Below are positions 1 through 7,582 of a stretch of DNA of 64,000 bases, piece after piece; position 1 is the first letter of the stretch, and each line of letters starts with the position of its first letter. The translations under genes and the position numbers were made by a program. Origin of the DNA: an uncultured delta proteobacterium (GTDB lineage Bacteria > Myxococcota_A > Polyangia > Palsa-1104). Location: positions 382,794 through 446,793 of the forward strand of contig CAWAWS010000015.1 of the NCBI GenBank assembly GCA_963785725.1, in the 5' to 3' direction. Under the pieces are notes generated by a model. It was not told the DNA's origin, did no database searches, and saw only the letters and a list, made by a program, of their open reading frames with translations.

Positions 1-449
1 ATGCGCCGTGCCGAACGCGTCGTTGACGTAGACGTCGGCGTAGGACGCCAGCTGGCGCGCGAAGCGCGTCGTCGTTGGCCTCTTCGCCCGGGAAAAAGCG
101 CAGGTTCTCGAGCAGCGCCACGTCGCCGTCGCGCAGATCGTTGACCACTTTGCGCGCGCCGTCGCCGACCGCTTCGTCGGTGAGCAGCACCTCTTTGCCG
201 AGCAGCTCGGCCAGGCGAACGCCTACCGGCTCTAGCGACAACGCCGGCGTCGGACCCTTGGGACGGCCGAGGTGCGACGCCAAGAATCACGCGCGCGCCG
301 CGCTTGACCGCCTCTTGAATCGTCGGCAGCGACGCCTTGATGCGCGAGTCGTCGGCGACGCCACGCGCGGGCGTCAGCGGCACGTTGAAGTCGACGCGAA
401 TGAAGACCCGCCTGCCCTCGATGGGCAGGTCGGAGATGGACTTGATCAT
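1..449 (-). CDS. pgk: Phosphoglycerate kinase, 5' part; runs off the window and has two apparent +1 frameshifts (~285, ~65)
   Basis: Manual minus-strand translation from ATG at 449 (GAGGT SD upstream): MIKSISDLPIEGRRVFIRVDFNVP...(shift)ASHLGRPKG...LLENLRF...(shift)YVNDAFGTAH, all PGK motifs. Lies directly downstream of gap. Confidence 0.93.
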   Translation of the reverse strand, partial: MIKSISDLPIEGRRVFIRVDFNVPLTPARGVADDSRIKASLPTIQEAVKRGARVILGVAPRPSQGSDAGVVARAGRRSPGRAARQRGAAHRRSGRRRRAQSGQRSARRRRGAAREPALFPGRRGQRRRASRASWRPTPTSTSTTRSARR

Positions 450-475
450 GACGACCTCGCCAGCTGGGAAAGTGT

Positions 476-1492
476 TTAGAGGCCCTTGTTGGCGACGTAC
501 TTGGTCAGCTCGTAGAGCCGCGTGGCGTAGCCGGTCTCGTTGTCGTACCAGGCCACGACCTTGGCCAAGTCGCCGATGACGATCGTCGACTGCAGATCGA
601 CCGAGGCCGAGTGCGCGTCGCCGTTGAAGTCGATCGAGACCAGCGGCTCGTCGCTGACCGCGAGCACGCCCATGTACGAAGGATTCGCCGCCGCCTTCTT
701 GAAGGCGTCGTTGATCGCTTCCTTCGTCGCCGGCTTCTCGGTGCGCACGGTCAAGTCGACCATCGACACGTTCGGCGTCGGCACGCGCACGGCGAAGCCA
801 TCGAGCTTGCCCTTGAGCGCCGGCAGGACCTCCGACAGCGCCTTGGCCGCGCCCGTCGTCGTCGGAATCTGCGACATCGCCGCCGCGCGCGCGCGCCGCA
901 GATCCTTGTGCGGGACGTCGAGGATGACCTGATCGTTGGTGTACGAGTGCACCGTCGTCATGAGGCCGTGCACGATGCCGAACGTCTCGTGCAGCACCTT
1001 GGCGACCGGCGCCAGGCAGTTGGTCGTGCACGACGCGTTGGAGATGATGTGGTGCTTCTTGGCGTCGTAGGACTCGAAGTTGATGCCGATCGCCAGCGTC
1101 ACGTCGTGGCCCTTGGCCGGCGCCGAGATGAGCACCTTCTTGACGCTGCCCGAGACGTGCTGCTTGGCCTTGTCGCCGTCGGTGAAGCGGCCCGTCGCCT
1201 CGATGACGATGTCGACCTTGTGCTCACTCCACGGAATCTTGGCCGGATCCTTCTCGGCGATGATGGTGATCGCCTTGCCGTCGACGATGATCTTGCCGTC
1301 GGCCGCTTCGACCTTGCCCGGATAGCGACCGTGAACCGAGTCGTGACGGAGGAGGTGAGCCAGCGTCTTCGCATCGGTCAGATCATTGACTGCCACCACT
1401 TCGAGGTCGTTCGCGTAGCCGGCGGCTTGCCAGGCCCGCAAAAACGAACGCCCAATGCGACCGAAGCCGTTGATTCCGATGCGAGTTGCCAT
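476..1492 (-). CDS. gap: Type I glyceraldehyde-3-phosphate dehydrogenase
   Basis: GINGFGRIGR, active-site ASCTTNCL, WYDNE; GGAGG SD upstream. Confidence 0.98.
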   Translation of the reverse strand: MATRIGINGFGRIGRSFLRAWQAAGYANDLEVVAVNDLTDAKTLAHLLRHDSVHGRYPGKVEAADGKIIVDGKAITIIAEKDPAKIPWSEHKVDIVIEATGRFTDGDKAKQHVSGSVKKVLISAPAKGHDVTLAIGINFESYDAKKHHIISNASCTTNCLAPVAKVLHETFGIVHGLMTTVHSYTNDQVILDVPHKDLRRARAAAMSQIPTTTGAAKALSEVLPALKGKLDGFAVRVPTPNVSMVDLTVRTEKPATKEAINDAFKKAAANPSYMGVLAVSDEPLVSIDFNGDAHSASVDLQSTIVIGDLAKVVAWYDNETGYATRLYELTKYVANKGL

Positions 1493-1573
1493 GTTCTATT
1501 TATTCCTCCGCGGGCAGGACCATAAATCCCGATCGGTCTGCCGTCAACAGAGGTTGAGGAGAATTCGTAACTC

Positions 1574-1774
1574 TTACTTGGGTGACGAGTCGGGCTTGAT
1601 CTCGGTCGTAATCAGTCCAATCAGCTCGCTGGATAGGGCGACGATCTGTCGCGTCTCGTATCCGCTCTCGCGCAGCTGACGATAGATGCTCTTGGCGAGA
1701 ATTTTGACCGCCTTGTCGCGCTCGCCGCGGGATTGCGGCCCTTCCAACGCCATGCGGTCCAACAGTTGAGCCAT
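1574..1774 (-). CDS. Small helical hypothetical protein (66 aa, MAQLLDRMALE...KILAKSIYRQLRESGY...)
   Basis: C-terminal part of ORF 1574..1879; ATG at 1774 with GGGAGG upstream; protein-like composition. Confidence 0.75.
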   Translation of the reverse strand: MAQLLDRMALEGPQSRGERDKAVKILAKSIYRQLRESGYETRQIVALSSELIGLITTEIKPDSSPK

Positions 1775-1842
1775 GCTCTCGTAACCCTCCCTATTTCGCC
1801 CTGACCGCCCCGATCGACTGGGACGTGTCGCGCACCACGCAC

Positions 1843-1858
1843 TGCACGGGATATGCCG
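1843..1858 (-). promoter_or_regulatory. Putative sigma54 -24/-12 promoter for the 66-aa gene
   Basis: Minus strand reads CGGCATATCCCGTGCA (GG-N10-GC spacing), with an AT-rich tract just upstream (1878-1905). Confidence 0.5.
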
Positions 1859-2018
1859 TGTTTCTGACGCGGGGCGCAATATCGCAAGATCATGAATAAA
1901 TTATGGTCGGACCATTGTTCCGCGAACCTGGCTACGCACTTCGACGGCGAAAGCAGGGCGGGGGTGCGAAGCGCATTGCGCAGGCAAAAGCAACGCGGCT
2001 GTGGTAGCGGAGTGACCC

Positions 2019-3590
2019 GTGAAGCCGCTGCGCGTTTTGGAGCTGTTCGTGTCGCTCGACGAGGCGGAAGTCGCTGCCGTCGAACGCGCCGCTCGCATCG
2101 GCGGTTACGATCCGAACGCCGTCAGAGCCGTGGTGACGCGGCGTTCGCTCGATGCGCGCAAGGGTCACCCCATCGGCTTCCATCTAGAGGTGACGATCTG
2201 GCCGCAGCTGGCCGAGGCCGCCGATGATGGCGATGCCGCGCTGCCGCCGCCGGTTCGCGCGCGCGCCGGCTTACACATCATCGTCGTCGGCAGCGGGCCA
2301 TGCGGCACATTCGCGGCGTTGCGGCTGACCGATGCCGGCGCGCGTGTGACGCTCGTCGAGCTGGGCAAGCCGGTGCAGCCACGGCGACATGATCTGGCAA
2401 CACTCACGCAACGCGGCGGACTCGATCCGGACTCCAACTATTGTTTCGGCGAAGGCGGCGCGGGCACGTTCTCCGACGGGAAACTCTACACGCGCACGAA
2501 AGACCGCCGCGCGGTGCGAAGCGTGTTGCGCGCCTTGGTCGACCACGGCGCCGATGCCGACATCCTCGTCGATTCGCGGCCGCACGTCGGATCGAACCGA
2601 CTACCGAAAATCCTGATGGCCCAGCGTGCCGACCTCGAGGCGCGTGGCACCACCTACGTTTGGTCCGATGGCGTCACCGATCTCGTCTCCGTCAACGGTC
2701 GCGTCCGCGGCGTCCGCTGCGCGTCCGGCCGCGAGATCGTCGGCGACGGCGTCGTCCTCGCCGTCGGCCACTCGGCGCGCCCGCTGTACGAACGGCTGCA
2801 CGCGCTCGGTGTCGCCCTCGAGGCCAAGTCGTTCGCCGTCGGCGCGCGCGTCGAGCATGCCCAGCCGCTCATCGATCGCATTCAATACGGCGCCGCCTTT
2901 GGCCATCCGCGACTGCCGGCGGCGTTCTATCACGTCGCCGCCACCGTCCCGACGCCCGATGCGGGCGAGCGCGGCGTCTACAGCTTCTGCATGTGCCCCG
3001 GCGGCTGGATCGTCGATTCGTCGACGGAGCAGGGCGCGTTGTGCGTCAACGGCATGAGCTTGAAGCGCCGCGATTCACCGTTCGCCAACTCCGCGCTCGT
3101 GGTCACGGTCGAGCCGCGCGACTATTTGGGCCGCTACAGCGACGGTCCGTTGGCCGGCATCGAGCTACAGCGTGCGCTCGAGCGACGATCGTTCGAGCTC
3201 GGCGGCGGCGACTTCGTGGCGCCGGCGCAGCGGCTGGCCGATTTCGTCGCGCGCCGGCCGACCGAAGCTGCGCTGCCGTCGAGCTATCGCCCGCGCGTCG
3301 TCGGTGGCGACGTTCGCTCAGGCCTACCGCCGTTCGTCGGCGACGCCCTCGAAAAGGCGCTCTCTCGCTTTCAAAGAACGATGCCCGGCTTCCTCAATCC
3401 CGACGCGCAACTCATCGGCGTCGAGACGCGAACGAGCTCGCCCGTGCGCATCGTGCGCGACGACGGTCTCGCCTCACCGACGCATCCGGGCCTCTATCCC
3501 GCCGGCGAAGGCGCCGGTTATGCGGGCGGCATCGTGTCCGCCGCCGTCGACGGCATGCGCATCGCCGACGCCATCCTCGGCACCGGCTGA
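2019..3590 (+). CDS. FAD-dependent oxidoreductase (uncharacterised FAD-dependent dehydrogenase family)
   Basis: GSGPCG Rossmann motif, FGEGGAGTFSDGKL, SFCMCPGG, GEGAGYAGGIVSAAVDG. Confidence 0.9.
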   Translation: MKPLRVLELFVSLDEAEVAAVERAARIGGYDPNAVRAVVTRRSLDARKGHPIGFHLEVTIWPQLAEAADDGDAALPPPVRARAGLHIIVVGSGPCGTFAALRLTDAGARVTLVELGKPVQPRRHDLATLTQRGGLDPDSNYCFGEGGAGTFSDGKLYTRTKDRRAVRSVLRALVDHGADADILVDSRPHVGSNRLPKILMAQRADLEARGTTYVWSDGVTDLVSVNGRVRGVRCASGREIVGDGVVLAVGHSARPLYERLHALGVALEAKSFAVGARVEHAQPLIDRIQYGAAFGHPRLPAAFYHVAATVPTPDAGERGVYSFCMCPGGWIVDSSTEQGALCVNGMSLKRRDSPFANSALVVTVEPRDYLGRYSDGPLAGIELQRALERRSFELGGGDFVAPAQRLADFVARRPTEAALPSSYRPRVVGGDVRSGLPPFVGDALEKALSRFQRTMPGFLNPDAQLIGVETRTSSPVRIVRDDGLASPTHPGLYPAGEGAGYAGGIVSAAVDGMRIADAILGTG

Positions 3591-3618
3591 GCGCACGCCG
3601 TCTTCGCAGGCGCGTCGG

Positions 3619-3972
3619 CTACGTCGGTTCACCCATCGCGCGCAGCGCGTTCGTCAGCGACGACTGCTGCCGCGCCGTCAGGTTCTCGAATTTGACGCCG
3701 AGCGCATAGCCGCGGTCCGCTTCCGCTGTCCACTGCACCGTGCCGACGAGCTCCAGCCCACGCGCGCCCTCGGTCTCGATGCCATCCTCGACGATGAACA
3801 GCGTCAGCTGCAGCTGCTGGCCTTCGGCGATCGGCCGATCGACCTCGATACACACGCCGCCCGTCGACAAATTGCGCGTCGTGCCCGTCAACCTCGCGCT
3901 CTCCAGCTTGACCTCGGCCGAGAGCCGGACATCGCGGCGGGGCGCTCGGTCACGAGGATTCGTTACGCTCAT
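3619..3972 (-). CDS. Stand-alone PilZ domain protein
   Basis: RAPRR (RxxxR), NLSTGG (NxSxxG), C-terminal GVKF. Confidence 0.88.
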   Translation of the reverse strand: MSVTNPRDRAPRRDVRLSAEVKLESARLTGTTRNLSTGGVCIEVDRPIAEGQQLQLTLFIVEDGIETEGARGLELVGTVQWTAEADRGYALGVKFENLTARQQSSLTNALRAMGEPT

Positions 3973-3975
3973 CGG

Positions 3976-4338
3976 TCACTCCGTCGCTTCGTCATCGTTG
4001 TCTTCGCCACCATCGAGAAACTTGATGAACAGATCGAGGTAGGCGCGGTTCGTCGCGTCCAGTCGATCGAACTTCACGCCGATCTGGTAGCCGTTCTTGA
4101 GCGGCGTACACCACACCGTCGACGCCGGCAGCTGCAGATGCTCCGAGAACTCGGTCTCCGAGAACACCAGCGCCAGCTTCACCGCGCATTCCGAGTGCGA
4201 CGGCAGCGGGTTCGTCGCCTCCATGCAAAAGCCGCCGCGAGAAATGTCGTGCGTGCGGCCTGCGACCGTCGTCTCACCGACGGTCACCTCGGCGTCGAGC
4301 TCGATCGCGTAGCGCGGATGTTGTCGCTGCTCGTTCAT
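3976..4338 (-). CDS. Stand-alone PilZ domain protein with acidic tail
   Basis: RQHPR, DISRGG, IGVKF. Confidence 0.9.
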   Translation of the reverse strand: MNEQRQHPRYAIELDAEVTVGETTVAGRTHDISRGGFCMEATNPLPSHSECAVKLALVFSETEFSEHLQLPASTVWCTPLKNGYQIGVKFDRLDATNRAYLDLFIKFLDGGEDNDDEATE

Positions 4339-4898
4339 GGACCTGTCTTCCCCCGACTGAGCGCGCCGTCGGTCAGCCCATCCAACACCGCGGTCAGCTC
4401 ATCGATCTCGATGGCGCGGTCGATGGCATTGGGCGCTTCCGGCGTCTGCAACGCGTCGACTTGGAGTCGGCGCCGTTCGTAATAGAGCTGCGTGACGCGA
4501 ACCAACAGCTCCTCGCGTCGACTGGCCAATCGCTGCGCTTCACGGCTCGTGCGCAGCTCGTTGCGATCGAACACCAGCCGATCGAGCGACCACGCGGCCT
4601 CGAATTCGAAGTGCCACGTGTCGGCGTCGGTCAGCTCGATGCGGCCCGACGAATCAGTGGCCCACACTTCGTTGCCCCGACCGGCGCGCACGCGAAACGT
4701 CGGCATCAGCCCGGCTTTGCGCACGCGTCCGAGCCACGACTGCACGCGCTCGGGATGCACCTCGGCCAGGCGCGCCGCCGCTCGCTGCAGCTCGCGCACC
4801 GACGGCTCGCCCCGGAAACGATCGAGCACGGACAGATCCGCCGCCCACGCCGCATGTGGCAGCAGCAACAGCGACAAGAGCGTCAGCAGGCTCCTCAC
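4335..4898 (-). CDS. Secreted protein resembling a single OEP/TolC repeat
   Basis: Signal peptide (..AAWA|ADL), GLMPTFRV beta strand, AWSLDRLVF strand, long helices VTQLYYERRRLQ...LDGLTDG; 4-bp overlaps with both neighbours. Confidence 0.75.
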   Translation of the reverse strand: MRSLLTLLSLLLLPHAAWAADLSVLDRFRGEPSVRELQRAAARLAEVHPERVQSWLGRVRKAGLMPTFRVRAGRGNEVWATDSSGRIELTDADTWHFEFEAAWSLDRLVFDRNELRTSREAQRLASRREELLVRVTQLYYERRRLQVDALQTPEAPNAIDRAIEIDELTAVLDGLTDGALSRGKTGP

Positions 4899-5410
4899 GG
4901 CGCACGCTCACGATCGCCGGTCAGCACATCGAGCTCGGCCTGCGACTCCTCGGCGGCCAGCTGGCGCGCGACGTCGTCTTGGTGATCGCGCGCGTGCTGC
5001 CGTCGTCGCCACACGTCGGCGATGTGATCGAGCAGCCGCTGTCGGCCCGCCGAGCTCTGTCGTCGCGACTGCTCGGCGGCCACCGCGTCCAAGATCGGTG
5101 TTCGACCGAGCGGCCACGCCAGCTCACCGATGACCTGCGTGCTGCGATAGCCGAGCAGGGTCGGGGTGCGCTCGACGATCGCATGCACGCGCAACACCGG
5201 CATCCATTGCGCCGCCGCGAGCGCGCCGCCGCGACTGGGCTCGTCGTAACCGTTGTAGCGAAGGGCGCGCGTCATTAATGAGGCTGGTGCCGGCTCGTCG
5301 GCTCGGGCCGAGCTCGAGTGCACCATGACTGCGATCGCTAGGCTCATCCAGATCGCCGTCCGTCGATTTTCTCGCCGAGCCTGCGACGCTGTCAAGAAGC
5401 GGCTATGCAT
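4895..5410 (-). CDS. Secreted protein, divergent paralog of the adjacent single OEP/TolC-repeat protein
   Basis: ATG at 5410 preceded by GGAGG; signal peptide (..SSARA|DEP); WMPVLRV, LAWPLG, helices ending ELDVLTG. Confidence 0.62.
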   Translation of the reverse strand: MHSRFLTASQARRENRRTAIWMSLAIAVMVHSSSARADEPAPASLMTRALRYNGYDEPSRGGALAAAQWMPVLRVHAIVERTPTLLGYRSTQVIGELAWPLGRTPILDAVAAEQSRRQSSAGRQRLLDHIADVWRRRQHARDHQDDVARQLAAEESQAELDVLTGDRERAP

Positions 5411-5500
5411 GGACAGACCTCCAACTTGCTTGTGAGGACTTATCGGCGACGCTCGCGAGAAGTTGCGTGGTCGATGAAAAAATATTTTTCGCTCGTCGAC

Positions 5501-5529
5501 TTGACTGTGCGAATGTTCAGTCTTAGCTT
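5501..5529 (+). promoter_or_regulatory. Sigma70-type promoter of nrdJ (probably leaderless)
   Basis: TTGACT-17 nt-TAGCTT, 6 nt before ATG 5536; AT palindrome AAAAATATTTTT at 5478-5489 in the UP-element position. Confidence 0.65.
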
Positions 5530-5535
5530 CGCAAT

Positions 5536-7404
5536 ATGCTGCCAGTGCCACTTTCGCAGGCCGCAACGCCGTGGACGCCCAACGCGCTGACAGTGCTCGG
5601 CCGGCGCTATCAGCGACGGGATGGCGCCGGGCAGATCGTCGAGTCGCCGTCGGAGCTGCTGCTGCGCGTGGCGCGAGCGGTGGCGTCGGCGGAGTCGCGT
5701 CATGGCGGCGATGCCGAGCGCTGGCAGGCGCGTTTTCTCGACGCGATGTCGCGGCTCGAGTTTCTGCCCAATTCACCGACATTAATGAACGCGGGCAAGC
5801 AGGCGGGGCAGCTGTCGGCTTGCTTCGTGCTGCCGGTCGCCGATTCGATGCCCGAGATCTTCGACGCCGTGAAGTGGGCGGCGATGATTCAGCAGACGGG
5901 CGGCGGGACCGGTTTTGCATTCTCACGGCTCCGTCCGTCGGGTGATTTGGTGCGCTCGACGTCGGGCATCGCCTCCGGGCCGGTGTCGTTCATCGAAGTC
6001 TTCAACACGGCGACGGACGCGATTCGGCAGGGCGGCGTGCGGCGGGGTGCGAACATGGGCATCTTGCGCGTCGACCATCCCGACGTGCTGGAGTTCATCT
6101 CGGCGAAGTCGGACCCGCGGCGGCTGCGCAATTTCAACGTCTCGGTGGCGATTACCGACGAGTTCATGGACGCGCTGGAGCACGGGCGCGAGTACGCGTT
6201 GCGCAATCCGCGGTCGGGCGCCGAGGTCAAGCGGCTCGACGCCAACCGCGTGTGGCGGCTGATCGCGCAGCTGGCGTGGAAGAGCGGCGAGCCCGGCGTC
6301 ATCTTCATCGATCGCATCAACGCCGCCAATCCGACGCCGCAGCTGGGCGAGATGGAGTCGACGAATCCCTGCGGCGAGCTGCCGCTGTTGCCGTTCGAAG
6401 CCTGCAACTTGGGCTCGATCGACGTCGGCAAGCTGGTGCGCGGTGGGCAGCTCGATTGGGCGCGGCTGGGTGAGCTGGTGCGGCTCGGCGTCCGCTTTCT
6501 CGACGACGTGATCGAGGTGAACCACTATCCGCTGCCGCAGATCGAGACGATCACGCGGGCCAATCGTAAAATTGGGCTCGGCGTCATGGGTTTCGCGGAC
6601 GCGCTCATTCGGCTGCGCGTCGCCTACGATTCGGAGCGGGCGCTGCAGCTTGCCGACGAGCTGGCGGCATTCATCGAGCGTGAGGCGCAGGCGGCGTCGG
6701 CGGAGCTGGCGCGCGAGCGTGGGCCGTTCGCGAACTGGACGGGCTCGAAATGGGATCGCGCCGGCTCGCCGCCTTTGCGCAATGCGACGACGACGACCAT
6801 CGCACCGACGGGAACGCTGAGTATTCTCGCGGGCTGCTCGGGTGGGATCGAGCCGCTCTATGCGGTGTCCTTCGTGCGTCAGGTGCTCGACGGCGATCGG
6901 CTGATCGACGTGCATCCGCTGTTCGTCGAGGCGGCGCGCGCGGGCGGCTGGTATTCGGAGGCGCTGATGGCCAAGATCGCCGAGCGCGGGTCGGTGCGCG
7001 GGCTCGACGAGGTGCCGGCCGAGACGCAGCGACTGTTCGTGACGGCGTACGACGTCGCGCCCGAGTGGCACTTGCGGATGCAGGCGAGCTTTCAGCGTCA
7101 CGTGCACAACGCGGTGTCGAAGACGATCAATTTTCCGCGGTCGGCGACGGTCGAGCAGGTGGAAGCGGCGTATCGCGAAGCCTATCGGCTGGGCTGCAAG
7201 GGCGTGACGGCTTATCGCGACGGCAGCCGCGACGAGCAGGTGTTGTCGTTCGGCGAGACGGCGCGCGGCCGAACGACGGTCGAGACCGAGTCGCTCAAGG
7301 ACGGTGAACAGGGGCCTTGCAAGGAGTGCGGCGCGCCGATGCCGCCGGCACATCAGGGGGCGTGTACGGTCTGTCTGGAGTGTGGCTACTCGCGGTGCTT
7401 GTAA
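5536..7404 (+). CDS. nrdJ: Adenosylcobalamin-dependent (class II) ribonucleotide reductase with C-terminal Zn ribbon
   Basis: PNSPTLMNAG, LSACF, TNPCGE, EACNLGS, TIAPTGT, SKTIN, YRDGSR; C-terminal CxxC...CxxC; no ATP cone and no nrdB nearby. Confidence 0.93.
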   Translation: MLPVPLSQAATPWTPNALTVLGRRYQRRDGAGQIVESPSELLLRVARAVASAESRHGGDAERWQARFLDAMSRLEFLPNSPTLMNAGKQAGQLSACFVLPVADSMPEIFDAVKWAAMIQQTGGGTGFAFSRLRPSGDLVRSTSGIASGPVSFIEVFNTATDAIRQGGVRRGANMGILRVDHPDVLEFISAKSDPRRLRNFNVSVAITDEFMDALEHGREYALRNPRSGAEVKRLDANRVWRLIAQLAWKSGEPGVIFIDRINAANPTPQLGEMESTNPCGELPLLPFEACNLGSIDVGKLVRGGQLDWARLGELVRLGVRFLDDVIEVNHYPLPQIETITRANRKIGLGVMGFADALIRLRVAYDSERALQLADELAAFIEREAQAASAELARERGPFANWTGSKWDRAGSPPLRNATTTTIAPTGTLSILAGCSGGIEPLYAVSFVRQVLDGDRLIDVHPLFVEAARAGGWYSEALMAKIAERGSVRGLDEVPAETQRLFVTAYDVAPEWHLRMQASFQRHVHNAVSKTINFPRSATVEQVEAAYREAYRLGCKGVTAYRDGSRDEQVLSFGETARGRTTVETESLKDGEQGPCKECGAPMPPAHQGACTVCLECGYSRCL

Positions 7405-7447
7405 AGATGGGGTGGATTCCTTTAGTAAAGGGGCAAGGAGATCCACC

Positions 7448-7579
7448 ATGTCGATGAAGCACCCGGGAAAAAACCACGCCAAGGCGGCGAAGCTGCGGCG
7501 CGAGAAGGTTCAGTTGGCGAAGACGGAGAAGAAGGAACGACGGATTCAGCTGAGCGAGGCGCGCGCAGCCAAGAAGTAG
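7448..7579 (+). CDS. Small basic protein (43 aa)
   Basis: AAGGAG SD then ATG; MSMKHPGKNHAKAAKLRREKVQLAKTEKKERRIQLSEARAAKK; fills the nrdJ-hrpB gap. Confidence 0.7.
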   Translation: MSMKHPGKNHAKAAKLRREKVQLAKTEKKERRIQLSEARAAKK

Positions 7580-7582
7580 GCT

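Noticed and set aside
5411..5535. Cobalamin riboswitch or NrdR box upstream of nrdJ
   Set aside because: No B12-box visible, and the predicted promoter leaves no leader. The match to the NrdR consensus near the ATG is too weak to call.
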